IMG/VR virus record: IMGVR_UViG_3300046810_000338
Coordinates: 164,500-228,499 of that record
DNA: 64,000 bases
Direction: 5' to 3' (one strand)
Part shown: positions 8,240 through 19,157 of the stretch, piece after piece
How the letters are laid out: every line of letters begins with the position of its first letter
How positions within the stretch are numbered: the first letter of the stretch is position 1
Program-made: the position numbers and the translations under genes
The notes under the pieces: model-generated
Told to the model about the DNA's origin: nothing
Database searches by the model: none
The model's input: the letters and a program-made list of their open reading frames with translations, nothing else

Positions 8240-10366
8240 TTAGTTGTTGGCCACGGTACCACGACCAAAGATGGAGAGAATCCGACCAGGCAAACTCCCT
8301 GCTACGTTGTTGATAAAACTGGATTGACTGGACCAGGTGTCGAATGAGGTCATCATTCTGGTTTGAGCCAATCGAATCTTCTGCGTGGTGTAGATTTGTT
8401 CTTGCAGTGACAAGCCGCCCAGCACAGCCATCATCTCACTGAACTTGCTGGAGTCGTCATAGGTTGCCGGGTCGAGCAGAGTGGCTTTGGCTTGGGATGA
8501 GTTAGTAGCCTCACCTGTCACCAGGCCGCGCAAGCCATCGTCAATCTTGCCCACAGTTTGCGTCAGGCCGGACCAGAAACTAGCTTCTGTGCTGATTGGC
8601 ATGTGCACGATGCTGGACAGGTCAACGATTTCAAAGTTCAGCGTGACGCCCAGCGCTTCACCTTCAGAGTTACGGCCCAGGTTACCAACACCTACTGCGA
8701 TAGACAAGTTACGTACCATGCCCAGCTTGATGGTGCAGCGCCCACGAGAGTACGCTTCCAGAATGAAAGGCGAGGTGTAGGACATCTTACCGGTCGATTG
8801 AGGCATGACTGTAGCTAGTGCCATGGACACTGGAACCCAAATGTCCTTGAACCGACTGATAGGATCGCCCGACCAACCCCGCAGTTCGATCGTGTAGTTG
8901 GTAGCCGGCATGCTAGCAGCCGAACTCTGCCACACTTGCGGAATGTCAACAAAGGCGTTACCCATCAGCGCTGTCAGGTTAGACACACCGATGAAGTCCA
9001 GACCGCCTGAGATGACGTTCTTGATCGAACCCACTACTGTGTCAACCAGCCCAATACCGGTTTGGAACTCAGCCGCATTGAAGCGGATAGAGCGTGCGTT
9101 GGATACAGTGCCGTTGAAACCAGAAGCAATCGAAGACTCGCCTACGGTGTTGTCAAACGAGAAGGTACTAGGACCGCTGTTATCCACACGGAAGGTTACC
9201 CACTCGGCACCCTCGTTCATGCCCGCCTTTTGGTGTTCAACCATGGCGTCCAACATGCTCCATTTGGCCAAGGTACTGGCGTCGGCCGTCTTCTTGCCTG
9301 AGGAGTCAGTGCCACCTGTTTCGTTGTCCGCCTTAAACGACAGCACCGCCCGTTCAAGCTTATCACTGTCCAGGTTCTCAAACTGGTTACCCGTAGCGTT
9401 CAGATAACGACGGGTGTAGGTCATGACGTCACCGATCTTAGTATCGGTTAGCGCGCCAAACGCCGCGTTGTTTGCCCATTGCCTGAAGGAGTCAATGAAC
9501 CCGCCCTTAGACGTGGCCTGAATGGCCAGGTCGTTAACCGCTTCCTGGAACTTGAGCGATAGTCGGTTATAGCGGTTGGCCACACCAAACAGATCGATGC
9601 CACCGTCCTTACGGAAGATGTCTGGCAACATTGCGTTGTACTGCTTGATCTCGTCTGCACGAGCAGCAATCTCTTCCTTGGAATCATCGCGGCCACCCAC
9701 ACGAGGAATAATCCCCATGTTGGTAGCCAAGGAGTTGGCAATGTTGTTCGCCGCCATCCAGTAGTTGTGCATCGTTGGTTCCAAGTAGTAATACCTGGAA
9801 ATACTTTTGCCCAACAGAAAAGCAACGGCCTTGCCGACAAACATAATAGGCGCAATGGTTGCCCCCACCACCGCCGTCAGCATCCGCCCCGCCTCATAGA
9901 AGACGCTAGGGCCCGCACCTGTACGAGCCACCACCGAAGCAGTAGGATCATAGAAGCTGAAGAAGAACGACAACAGCCCGTTCATCTTAGGCACACCCAG
10001 ACGCATGGTGATGTATTCACCTGTGTCGTCGTACATCGCCGAATAAGCGCGACCAAGGCCACGAGACGCTGCCACGCTGTTACGCACGTCTGTCTTGCGG
10101 TCTTCTTCACTGATCAACAACTGGTACACCGGGTTGTCAATCGAATAGCTCAGCGCAGTGTTGAGCCCAGGTACCGTCATATCGGCATACTGGGTAAACT
10201 GTGGAAACGGGTTGATGCAGCGAGCGCCACCCAATGTGGTGTCGCTGAATTTTACGCGTGCACCCGAATCCAATCGATTCTGTCGGTCTTGAATGGTACG
10301 GCCTGCCTTTGTAATCAAAAAGCTGGACCGTACCCAACTGTCGTTCCGTACCTGGGTGGTCGCCAT
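8240..10366 (-). CDS. Virion structural tail/baseplate protein (phiKZ gp182-like)
   Basis: 708 aa, directly downstream of the tape-measure gene. FSDTTLGG..INP.PQFT.YAD and SYTSPF motifs recalled from phiKZ-like virion proteins. Confidence 0.7.
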   Translation of the reverse strand: MATTQVRNDSWVRSSFLITKAGRTIQDRQNRLDSGARVKFSDTTLGGARCINPFPQFTQYADMTVPGLNTALSYSIDNPVYQLLISEEDRKTDVRNSVAASRGLGRAYSAMYDDTGEYITMRLGVPKMNGLLSFFFSFYDPTASVVARTGAGPSVFYEAGRMLTAVVGATIAPIMFVGKAVAFLLGKSISRYYYLEPTMHNYWMAANNIANSLATNMGIIPRVGGRDDSKEEIAARADEIKQYNAMLPDIFRKDGGIDLFGVANRYNRLSLKFQEAVNDLAIQATSKGGFIDSFRQWANNAAFGALTDTKIGDVMTYTRRYLNATGNQFENLDSDKLERAVLSFKADNETGGTDSSGKKTADASTLAKWSMLDAMVEHQKAGMNEGAEWVTFRVDNSGPSTFSFDNTVGESSIASGFNGTVSNARSIRFNAAEFQTGIGLVDTVVGSIKNVISGGLDFIGVSNLTALMGNAFVDIPQVWQSSAASMPATNYTIELRGWSGDPISRFKDIWVPVSMALATVMPQSTGKMSYTSPFILEAYSRGRCTIKLGMVRNLSIAVGVGNLGRNSEGEALGVTLNFEIVDLSSIVHMPISTEASFWSGLTQTVGKIDDGLRGLVTGEATNSSQAKATLLDPATYDDSSKFSEMMAVLGGLSLQEQIYTTQKIRLAQTRMMTSFDTWSSQSSFINNVAGSLPGRILSIFGRGTVANN

Positions 10367-10401
10367 GTAAATTCTCCAGAAAGAGGATTGATCATAAAGT
10401 A

Positions 10402-10435
10402 AGCCCTGACTCCCACAGGTAGGGGAGTCAGGGCT
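10402..10435 (-). terminator. Stem-loop after the tape-measure gene
   Basis: AGCCCTGACTCCC/GGGAGTCAGGGCT. Confidence 0.6.
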
Positions 10436-10442
10436 CTAAGGT

Positions 10443-13400
10443 TTACGTAGGGATTCTCAGACTCATGGGACCCGCAGCACGAGGACCTTGATTAGACAAA
10501 CTCTGGCTCAACCCAGCGATGGCTTTAATAACACCTTCAAAGCCATCAGTTTGAACCTTCAATTGCTTCTCAGATACCTCTACCAACTTATCAACCCCAC
10601 CACCGCTCATGTTAGCCGCAGAGGTGGTTTGTGCCGAAGCACTGGCTGCCCGCTGACGATCAATGGCCTCGGCAGTAGGGATGGGCAATGCTGTTTGGGT
10701 AGGTTGAGCAGTAGGCACCGGACTGTTCTGCACAGGATCGGACACTGGCAACATCCCACTAGGGGGCGATGCAATGTCAGAACCCATAGCGTTACCAGCA
10801 CGAGCTGTAGCCGCAGCAGAGGCGACTGGTTGCTCTGTAGCTGGCCCAGTCTCAGGGCCGGACGGTTTGACCTCTGGAGTGGCACTGGAGGCCGCTGTAA
10901 CACCCATGTCTGGAGCTGGAGCCCCAGTTGCACCCGCAGCAGCAGCGCTGGCAGCGGTATCAGACATCGTTTGTGGAGTGGTTTTAGGAGCATCCATAGA
11001 TGGATTAACCGAAGCGCCACCGGCATTGAAGATGCTATCGTCCACCGTCTCGCCTTTCGACTTGAGGTAGGCGTTCATCATCGGACCGTAGAGGTTGCGG
11101 TTCTTGATTTGCTTGTTGCCTTGAATCGTCAAGATCTCCCTGGCCGTCCGAGGACGATCCAGCTTACCATCCACATAGAAGATCGACTTGTTATTGGCAG
11201 CAGCCTTGGAGTCCAAGTCTTTGCCCAAGCGATCTGGGTTCTTCACCATCTGAGCGTAACCGCCTGCGCCCAAGAAGTGAGCCCCGTACAAATCGACGTC
11301 TGTGAAGTTATCACGACCCAGCGACTTTTTAAGTTGCTCGGAGTTCTGCTTCATGTACATCACCGTCATCAGAGCGTTAGCCCTTGGATCGGTGGCTGGA
11401 GTGTTGGCTGGAATGCCAAACATTGGCCCGTAGGTCTTGAGCATCGTCTTCCATGTACTGCCGATGAACTGACCCAGACCCGTAGCCGAACCCACGGTGT
11501 TCTTGACACTGGAGTTGAATCCAGACTCAGTCGCCACCAACCCTGCCAGAATGCCTGGGTTGATCCCAGTCATCTTGGCCACAGCTGCCAGCAGTTCCTT
11601 GTGCTCGTTAAAGCCTTTAGGTCCTGTTGGCATTGGCAGTTCGGTATAGTTTCCGTACTTACCGCCTTCCCCGCCCTGTGCAAAGGTTGTTGCGACCCCG
11701 CCACCCTGTTGAGGTGTGTACTGATCACCGCCCCCGTTGTATCGGTCTGCCTTGTCGTAGTTGGTCGTTGCATTACTGCGACCACCCGCTACGCTAGGCG
11801 TTGTCCCACCATTGATTCCTTCATTGGGGGACTTGGCACCGAACAACTTGGCAAAGAACCCAGGTTGGTCATCGGCTACAGGCTTGGGCTTGTCATCCCC
11901 ACCGAACCAACCACTGACCGTATCACCAATGCTTGCAAAGAAGCCTTTGGTTTTAGACAGCAGGGAACTTTTGGTCTTACCGTTCTCACCCGACTCTTCG
12001 TCCAGCTGATCCTTCTCGCTGGCTTTGATGATCGCTTTCATGTTCTCAGCGACAGTCGAGGCATCCGTGTTTGGCTTCTGGCCCAGGGTAGGGCTCAGTG
12101 GAATCGACCAAATGGATACAAAGCTGTCTTTGTACACAGCACCGGAACCAATCATGGCTTCGGCCACTTTGTACATCTGAGCAGACTTAAGCTTCTCATG
12201 TGCACGGCTAGGCGTTGCAGTACCCGACACTGCTTTCACAGCGCCAGCAAAGGTTGTCCACGCAGGCAGGAACCGAAGGTCCAGCCATTGTTTGAAGTTG
12301 TTGTAGCTGGCCGACCCAATCTCACCCACACCGAAACGTGGACCACACTGAGCAATCAACTCTTCCAACTTACCTTCATAAGTACCCGCCCCATTGCTAT
12401 CCACCTTGGTCTTCTGGTTAGCCACCCATTCCAAATAGATCAATCCATTGACCAGTTCGGTGTTGAGTGTTGTCAGACCGTAGACCCGCATTCGCACAGT
12501 ACGAAACGCATCCAACACTGTCGTCGGATAAAGGTCTTCAGGGAATTGCACAGGGACACCGTCTTTGCTCGTGAACGTCGAGTAAGCACCCGCGATCACA
12601 GCCAGAGCCGCCATACCAGCCGCCCCCGGAGCACCTGCCATCAAAGGAGCCTTGATGCTTACGCCACCAGCTCTTGCAGGCGCCCCTGAGGCCGATGCGC
12701 CTTCAGCCCCGACCAATGCCGCAACTCCGGCAGCAGTAGCCGCAGCAGCTACTGTAGGAGCTGTGGGGGCCACACCCGGTAGAGGAAGCTGGGTGCGTTC
12801 CAATGGTTTGGCACCATCCTTCTTAAAGACGGCTTCTGCTTCGGCTGCAATGTCATCGATCTTCTTCTCGTCGGTCAGAGGCGACATCCCTGGGGTTGCC
12901 GTAACTCCAATCGACCAAGCGTCACGACCCGCGCCACGCACTGCATTGAGCAGGGCGAGTTTGGTATCGGCTTTGAGGTCGTCATCGAGCTTGTTCAAAG
13001 CCTCTTTGATTTCCAACTTAGCCATGGCCTGCAACCAGGTGCTGAACACAGGACGGAACCTGCGCTCGTACCAGATGGAGAAGTTACGCATTGGGAGCGA
13101 ACCAGGCTTCTCTGGATCAAGGTCAAGTTCTTTGATAGCTTCCAGAGCATCATCGCCTCCGGAGGTTACATTGACCTTGCCATCGGTAACGGTAACGTGT
13201 TTGAGCAACTTCTCCTCAAACGCCAACATCTTCTTGGCATAGTCATCGTCATCACCCGAGAACCCGTATTGCGCCAACCGAAGTTTCTGCAATGGGCGTG
13301 ACTTGCTGGAGTCGTACCACTTGTAAGCCATCCAACCCAGCGAAGCCACACCGATCACAGTGCCTGCGATCGCTGCCACGGGAGCAGAGATAATGCCAGC

Positions 13401-16400
13401 CGCTACTGCACCAGCACCCAGAGCACCCCGTAGAGCCCAACTGCCCGCAGTACGAACACCTGCGCCTATCGCTGTGCGGACAGCACCGCTACCCAACAGA
13501 CTACCCAGCTTACCAACCCCTGGTATCTTGTTGAGCATCCGACCCCCCCAACGCATCCCGCGCCCGCCCCAGTTGCGCAGCTTGCCCAACACTCCCTTAC
13601 CATGACTTGCAAGGTCAGCAGCGTTAGCAGCGTCTTGCAAGGACATGCCATCGTCATCCCCTTTCTTCTTGCCGAACAAACCTTTCAGTTTGTCACCCAG
13701 GCCACCGAGCAGGGCAGCAATGCCGCCCTTACCCAATGCTTCTTTCCCAGTAGCTTTACCACCTGCGGCTGCGATCTTGTCCTTGACAGCCTGAGCGCGT
13801 TTACGCTCTTGGTCCTGCCACGAACCATCGACCACGCCATCCCCATCAGCATCGCCCACCTTGCGCTTTGCCTTTTTAGGCTTGCTCAGGTTGGAAACCT
13901 GCTCCAGGATACTCATTTGCACTTGCAGCTGTGCTTTGAGAATGTCGCTGGAATACCCGTCGTCGGAGAACATGTTGGAGATCTTGGAACCGGCCTTGGA
14001 CAACAGACCTACGCCCCACTTACCAAACTTGCGCAACCCATTACCGACAGACTTGCCGATCTTCTTGATACCGTCGAGTGCCCGAGTACCTGTGTTCTTG
14101 AGCCGGGTAATGCCACGCCCAACCCGAGTCATCGCCATTGCCCAACCGGCTTTGATATCTTCACCGTATTGGTCAACCATGCCCTTGCGCATGTCCTTGA
14201 GCGACATCACCAAGTTGCCGTTAGCATCAACAATGTCGCCTTTGATGTCAGACAGCTTCTTGATCACGTTGCCGGTAGCTTTGTCAAAGTACCCACCGTT
14301 CTCCAAAACGGTTTTAAGCAGTCGAGGCAGCTTCTCGCCTTTGAGGTAAACGTCGTGCAGTCCGTTGAGCTTATTCCATGCCCAGTCCTTAACCGCAGTG
14401 AGTTTACCCAGCGCGAAGTTCTTGACACCTGCCCAACGTCCCAGAGCAGAATCGATCAGACTGTTCGCCCCATCCTTGAGGTTCTTCCAGCCAGCCAGAA
14501 TAACGCGCTTACCCAGACGGTCAGTCAGACCCGTCTTGAGATCTTCCAGGCTCAGAACAATGTTGCCAGCCTCATCGACCACAGCACCCTTGATATCAGA
14601 GAGCTTCTTGATGATCTTGCCAGTGGCTTGGTCACGGTAAAGTCCAAGTTGCAACTTACGCGCTTCCAGAGCAGGGTGCTCCCAGCCTTTGACGTAGATA
14701 TCAACCACACTGCCCCGGAAGTTATCCAGTGCAGTACCTGCCTTGCCCAACATGTCGGTAGCACCGCCCACGAGGCTCTTGGCGCGATCCTTGATGTTCT
14801 TGAGATGCTTGTTAGCAAACCCACGGGCACCACGGAACGCGTCCCCAATGCGCTTACCGCCACGCTTAGCACGGTCTTTCCACAGACCGGCCTCTGTGCC
14901 TAACTGTTTACCGCCCACAATGAACAGGTCATCGGTGACTTTAACATTGGCAAACTGACGACCATCCTGGAGAATGTCCATGATCTCTTCCAGAACCAAA
15001 GTTTGGTAGCCTTGGTTGTAGGAATCGTTCAGGGTTTCCAGTGTAGCGATGATCTTGTCCATTTTGTCCAGCGTTGGCTGGGCATCATGGGCTTCAGCTT
15101 TGGGCATAGCGGCTGCAAAGGTGCGTCCCATCAGTTCGTAGTCAAACACGAACGGAGCAGCGGCAGCAGGGGCAGGTTGTGGTGGAGCAGCTTTACCTGG
15201 ATCGTTAGCCGCTTTGGCACCTGACAAAATGTCTTGCAACATTTTGCGCAGTTGATCGTCTTCCTTTTTACGGCGACGAGGAGAACGACTGCCCGGCCCA
15301 CCTGGACCACCATTTCCTCCATTGCCCCCATTCCCGCCGTTGCCTCCATTACCACCGGAACCGCCTGGGCCCCCTGGACCACCAGGGCCGGCTGGAGCAG
15401 GACGAGGTTTGGACTTAGGAGAGAAGAGGCTGTCTTGGTCGAACAGTTTACCGTCATCTTCGCCGAGGCGCATGTCGGTGACTTTATCGAAGTTGATCGA
15501 TACAGACCCATTCTTGTTAACCAAGATCCCTGCGTTGAGCAACTCCTCTTTATAGCCCGCTTGAATAAGCGCCTTGATAGGGCCAGACGGGTCAGAGAAG
15601 TTGTGACGCATTGATTGCAGCATGGTGCCTACATCGGCTTCATGACTGTTAACCGCCTCACGGTCTTCCTGGGCAATGTCGCCGTTGATGTCCACCTTGT
15701 GCCGTTGTTGCAACAGCTTACGGATAGCAGCTTTGTCAGCTGGGTGAGCATTGCCATGCAATGCACCACCATTGGCGATGTCTTTAACCTTGAAGGCTTT
15801 GTTGGTCATGTTCAACTGAACCAGATGACGCCCCAACGCTTTACGTTGGTTCTGAGTCAGCTTCTTCTCAGGATCGATTGTATCAATGATACCGTCAAGC
15901 CCTTTGACGTTGTGAGCAGACTGTCCGTCACGTACCAATGAGTTCTTAACCCGACCGATCATGGTGCGTGCATCGGTAAAGGTACCCGAGGCCATGTCGT
16001 AGCGGATCATTGGTACAGAGTCATCGCCTGTGCGTGCTTTAACCGCTTCGTGGTGAATACGGCTCAGCAATCCAGGAATGATGTCGATCAAAGAACGGTT
16101 GGACAGTTTGTTGAAGTTATCAGGCATGTGACCTTTGGAGAGGTCCTCATTCTTGATAGAACTGTCCAGGTTGGTCGAGTGCAGCAGGGACCGACCGAAG
16201 TCAAGCAGCGTACCTTTAATGCCGTCGTGGGTATTACGCTTGCCGGCCTGTTCGTCCAACCAGCGAGCACCGTTGGTCAAGGCATTGCGGGTCAGACCCT
16301 GTTTGCCGTTGAACCGAACGTTCTGCCCCAACCGTGCCCGAGCCTTACCACCAAACTTGTTGATGCCCCAATCACCTGCCGCACCCATGGCCAGTTCAAT

Positions 16401-17459
16401 GAGAGAGCCGACAGAGTCATCAGACCCGCCCATCTCCTCTTGCATCTGAACCATGTCACCGCCCATGTCGCCGGCGTCGCGGAATCCATCACGAATACCA
16501 CGCAGTTTGTCACGGGCGGTTGTGGTAACCCGGTCCTTGACACCCTTGGCGGTTTTGTTGATGTAGTCACCGAGGTTGCCATACATGCCAGAACCCAGCG
16601 CCTCCAACAGACGCGCTTGGTTCATCTTGCCAAATTCTTCACTGGCAGTAATCTTGGCAGCTTCAGGCAAACCGGTGTTCTTGGCAATGGCATCCAGTCG
16701 TGCCATGATGTCGACACTGGAACGACCCTGTTGGTCGACCAAATCGTTCATCAGGTAGTTGGACTGCATTTGCAGTTCCAACGTCTTACGCTTCCAACGA
16801 GAATCCAAGCCCTCGTTATAGTCACGCAGCTGTCTTAGGCTGGTGTCCATGGAACTGAAGGCAGCCATCTGCGTCTTGAAACGCTTACGGCCGATTGTTT
16901 CATTGTTAATGCGACGAGCTTCGCCAATCTCACGATCAGATTGACTCTGGTCGTTCATGGCACCCATGATGTCGTCAAGGCGAGCAGAGGTTTCTTCGGC
17001 GCGTTCCTGCTCCTTGGTTTTACCGCGGTAAGCCGAATCGTCCTCCCCTGCTAATTTCTTAAGCAACGTGCCTAACTTATCAGGGAGCTTTCCTTGAATT
17101 TTAGGCAAAGTGCGACGCAAGGTCTTTTGCATGTCCTTGCGGGTCTTATCGATTTCACTTGCCCCAGCATCGAAGACATCTTTCATCGATGTAGCGGCAT
17201 CAAAACCTACGCCCACAGTGTCGCTGTAAGCGCCTGGCAAAACGGCTGTAGCAGCTTTGCGGATACGGGCTGGGTCAGCGACTGTCTTGACCGCTCCTTT
17301 GAGAGCAGAAGAGGCGACCTTGCGGACTGGGGTTCGGTCGTCTTTAGGCTCTTCTATGGAGTCCTCGAAGTCGAAGTCGGGCCAATCCATGTCCTCCATG
17401 TTATCAAAATCGAAATCGACCTTGCCACCGGCTTTCTTGCTGGCCATATCGTCACCCAC
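10443..17459 (-). CDS. Tail tape-measure-like protein with C-terminal lytic transglycosylase (phiKZ gp181-like)
   Basis: 2338 aa. SLT motifs ATESGFN...SATGLGQFIGSTW...YGAHFLGAGG. Divergent from the vRNAP genes. Confidence 0.88.
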   Translation of the reverse strand: MGDDMASKKAGGKVDFDFDNMEDMDWPDFDFEDSIEEPKDDRTPVRKVASSALKGAVKTVADPARIRKAATAVLPGAYSDTVGVGFDAATSMKDVFDAGASEIDKTRKDMQKTLRRTLPKIQGKLPDKLGTLLKKLAGEDDSAYRGKTKEQERAEETSARLDDIMGAMNDQSQSDREIGEARRINNETIGRKRFKTQMAAFSSMDTSLRQLRDYNEGLDSRWKRKTLELQMQSNYLMNDLVDQQGRSSVDIMARLDAIAKNTGLPEAAKITASEEFGKMNQARLLEALGSGMYGNLGDYINKTAKGVKDRVTTTARDKLRGIRDGFRDAGDMGGDMVQMQEEMGGSDDSVGSLIELAMGAAGDWGINKFGGKARARLGQNVRFNGKQGLTRNALTNGARWLDEQAGKRNTHDGIKGTLLDFGRSLLHSTNLDSSIKNEDLSKGHMPDNFNKLSNRSLIDIIPGLLSRIHHEAVKARTGDDSVPMIRYDMASGTFTDARTMIGRVKNSLVRDGQSAHNVKGLDGIIDTIDPEKKLTQNQRKALGRHLVQLNMTNKAFKVKDIANGGALHGNAHPADKAAIRKLLQQRHKVDINGDIAQEDREAVNSHEADVGTMLQSMRHNFSDPSGPIKALIQAGYKEELLNAGILVNKNGSVSINFDKVTDMRLGEDDGKLFDQDSLFSPKSKPRPAPAGPGGPGGPGGSGGNGGNGGNGGNGGNGGPGGPGSRSPRRRKKEDDQLRKMLQDILSGAKAANDPGKAAPPQPAPAAAAPFVFDYELMGRTFAAAMPKAEAHDAQPTLDKMDKIIATLETLNDSYNQGYQTLVLEEIMDILQDGRQFANVKVTDDLFIVGGKQLGTEAGLWKDRAKRGGKRIGDAFRGARGFANKHLKNIKDRAKSLVGGATDMLGKAGTALDNFRGSVVDIYVKGWEHPALEARKLQLGLYRDQATGKIIKKLSDIKGAVVDEAGNIVLSLEDLKTGLTDRLGKRVILAGWKNLKDGANSLIDSALGRWAGVKNFALGKLTAVKDWAWNKLNGLHDVYLKGEKLPRLLKTVLENGGYFDKATGNVIKKLSDIKGDIVDANGNLVMSLKDMRKGMVDQYGEDIKAGWAMAMTRVGRGITRLKNTGTRALDGIKKIGKSVGNGLRKFGKWGVGLLSKAGSKISNMFSDDGYSSDILKAQLQVQMSILEQVSNLSKPKKAKRKVGDADGDGVVDGSWQDQERKRAQAVKDKIAAAGGKATGKEALGKGGIAALLGGLGDKLKGLFGKKKGDDDGMSLQDAANAADLASHGKGVLGKLRNWGGRGMRWGGRMLNKIPGVGKLGSLLGSGAVRTAIGAGVRTAGSWALRGALGAGAVAAGIISAPVAAIAGTVIGVASLGWMAYKWYDSSKSRPLQKLRLAQYGFSGDDDDYAKKMLAFEEKLLKHVTVTDGKVNVTSGGDDALEAIKELDLDPEKPGSLPMRNFSIWYERRFRPVFSTWLQAMAKLEIKEALNKLDDDLKADTKLALLNAVRGAGRDAWSIGVTATPGMSPLTDEKKIDDIAAEAEAVFKKDGAKPLERTQLPLPGVAPTAPTVAAAATAAGVAALVGAEGASASGAPARAGGVSIKAPLMAGAPGAAGMAALAVIAGAYSTFTSKDGVPVQFPEDLYPTTVLDAFRTVRMRVYGLTTLNTELVNGLIYLEWVANQKTKVDSNGAGTYEGKLEELIAQCGPRFGVGEIGSASYNNFKQWLDLRFLPAWTTFAGAVKAVSGTATPSRAHEKLKSAQMYKVAEAMIGSGAVYKDSFVSIWSIPLSPTLGQKPNTDASTVAENMKAIIKASEKDQLDEESGENGKTKSSLLSKTKGFFASIGDTVSGWFGGDDKPKPVADDQPGFFAKLFGAKSPNEGINGGTTPSVAGGRSNATTNYDKADRYNGGGDQYTPQQGGGVATTFAQGGEGGKYGNYTELPMPTGPKGFNEHKELLAAVAKMTGINPGILAGLVATESGFNSSVKNTVGSATGLGQFIGSTWKTMLKTYGPMFGIPANTPATDPRANALMTVMYMKQNSEQLKKSLGRDNFTDVDLYGAHFLGAGGYAQMVKNPDRLGKDLDSKAAANNKSIFYVDGKLDRPRTAREILTIQGNKQIKNRNLYGPMMNAYLKSKGETVDDSIFNAGGASVNPSMDAPKTTPQTMSDTAASAAAAGATGAPAPDMGVTAASSATPEVKPSGPETGPATEQPVASAAATARAGNAMGSDIASPPSGMLPVSDPVQNSPVPTAQPTQTALPIPTAEAIDRQRAASASAQTTSAANMSGGGVDKLVEVSEKQLKVQTDGFEGVIKAIAGLSQSLSNQGPRAAGPMSLRIPT
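15291..15393 (-). repeat. Gly-rich (GGP/GGN)n low-complexity repeat within the tape-measure gene
   Basis: Encodes GPGGPGGPGGSGGNGGNGGNGGNGGNGGPGGPG. Confidence 0.85.
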
Positions 17460-17510
17460 TATTCAAATAGCTTACAAATCATAAATTAACTGTCATCAGA
17501 GAAGGGTGCC

Positions 17511-19136
17511 ATGAAAAGATCCTCTTTACCGGCCAACGTCACTATCCTGGATACACGTTCGCCGCGGGTCGCCCAACTGCGCGAAGTGACCAGTTTGGAC
17601 ATCACCGTAGCGGCCACCCGTAACCTGCACCCTGAAGGTCTGTTCTCTACTCAGATCTTTGGTCGTGTCGGATCGGATGAACGCGACACCACGTTCGGTC
17701 GAATCAAGATTGCCGTGCCGGTCTTTGACCCGACCACCTTCGACATCCTGATGTCGCTCAAGGGACTGTATCCTGCGATCATCAACGAAACCAAGTTTGC
17801 AGTGTGGGATGAGGTTGAGCGAGATTTTGTCGCCTCCGATCCCCTCAAGGGCGATACGGGTTACGACTTCTTCTTCCGTCATTGGAACAAGATCCAGTTT
17901 GCCAAGAGCAACTCTGATCGACGCAACATCAAGATCCAGATGTTGGAGAAGTACAAAGACGAAGCGACCCTGCAAAGCTTCGTTGTGCTGCCTGCTGGTT
18001 TGCGTGACATCGAAACCAACGAAGCGGGGCGTCTGGAAGAGAACGAGGTCAACGAGCTGTACCGTCGCGTACTGTCCTCTGCCCGTGTTTTGAACATCGG
18101 TGTAACGACTGGTGATTTGCGTTCACTCAATGCCCCTCGTAGGTCCTTGCAGCGGGCTATCCAGGAAGTCTGGCAGTATTTCTTTGACTTCATTGGTGGC
18201 AAGCGCGGTTACATGGCCCAACGGATGGCCAGTCGTCGTATCTTTGACGGTACTCGAAACGTCATTACAGCGATGGACCCTATTCGTGCTGAGATCGGCA
18301 TGGGTGAGGCGCTGGACATTAACAAGACCCAGGCCGGTATCTTCCAGACCGCCAAGGGCACTCGCCCTATGACAATCGGTATCCTGCGTAAGGTGCTGAT
18401 GGAGCATGTCTTCGAGGACACGCCTGAATCCACTCACGCCTGGTTGATCAACCCCAAGACGTTTGAGCGGGTTCATGTCAATGTGGGTTTCCAGATCAAA
18501 GACCGTTGGACGACCAAAGACGGTTTGGGCAAAGTGATTGAGAGTTTCCGTGAAGACTCTCTGCGTCAATCTGCCCTACAAATCAACGGCATGTACTTGG
18601 GCCTCATCTATGAAAAAGATGGGGCATACAAGATGTTCTATGACATTGCCGAGTTGCCAGAAGGATTGTCTCGTCACAACGTTCGGCCTATCACACTGAC
18701 CGACTTCCTTTACCTTAACTGCGTAGAGCGTTGGTTGCAGTGCTACCTGATCCCTACCCGTTATCCGGTGGCAGGTGCTGGTTCTATCTATCCAAGCCAG
18801 ATCGCTCTGGTGTCCACCGTGCCTGCCACTCAGGCTCGGCGGTTGGATGAGAACTGGGAAGCAGGGCCAAACAGCTTTGTGGTAAACAGCTACCCACTGC
18901 GTAACGCTGTGTACTTTGACTCGATGTCGGTGCACCCTGCGATGCTGGTAGGCCTGGGCGCCGACCACGACGGTGACATGGCTTCGGGTAACATTGTCAT
19001 GGCCGATGAGTCTATCAAGGAGCTGGACAACTTGATGGATCAGGCAACCACCTATTTGAACCCCCAAGGCGGGTTGAAGTCCTCAATGGACTATTACACC
19101 ACAGCCCTGGTCACTCACAACATGAGCTTGCGTTAA
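17511..19136 (+). CDS. rpoC: Virion RNA polymerase beta' subunit, catalytic part (phiKZ gp180-like)
   Basis: EGLFSTQIFG, VLPAGLRD, GKRG, RYP and the catalytic GADHDGDM (DxDGD). Confidence 0.92.
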   Translation: MKRSSLPANVTILDTRSPRVAQLREVTSLDITVAATRNLHPEGLFSTQIFGRVGSDERDTTFGRIKIAVPVFDPTTFDILMSLKGLYPAIINETKFAVWDEVERDFVASDPLKGDTGYDFFFRHWNKIQFAKSNSDRRNIKIQMLEKYKDEATLQSFVVLPAGLRDIETNEAGRLEENEVNELYRRVLSSARVLNIGVTTGDLRSLNAPRRSLQRAIQEVWQYFFDFIGGKRGYMAQRMASRRIFDGTRNVITAMDPIRAEIGMGEALDINKTQAGIFQTAKGTRPMTIGILRKVLMEHVFEDTPESTHAWLINPKTFERVHVNVGFQIKDRWTTKDGLGKVIESFREDSLRQSALQINGMYLGLIYEKDGAYKMFYDIAELPEGLSRHNVRPITLTDFLYLNCVERWLQCYLIPTRYPVAGAGSIYPSQIALVSTVPATQARRLDENWEAGPNSFVVNSYPLRNAVYFDSMSVHPAMLVGLGADHDGDMASGNIVMADESIKELDNLMDQATTYLNPQGGLKSSMDYYTTALVTHNMSLR

Positions 19137-19157
19137 TCGTAAGTAAAGGAGATCACC

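Noticed and set aside
10488-12689. 733-aa + strand ORF and many other long antisense ORFs (e.g. 13602..14903, 37318..38670, 45344..46543)
   Set aside because: They lie exactly opposite well-supported genes and have no RBS or motifs. They are expected shadows of codon bias.
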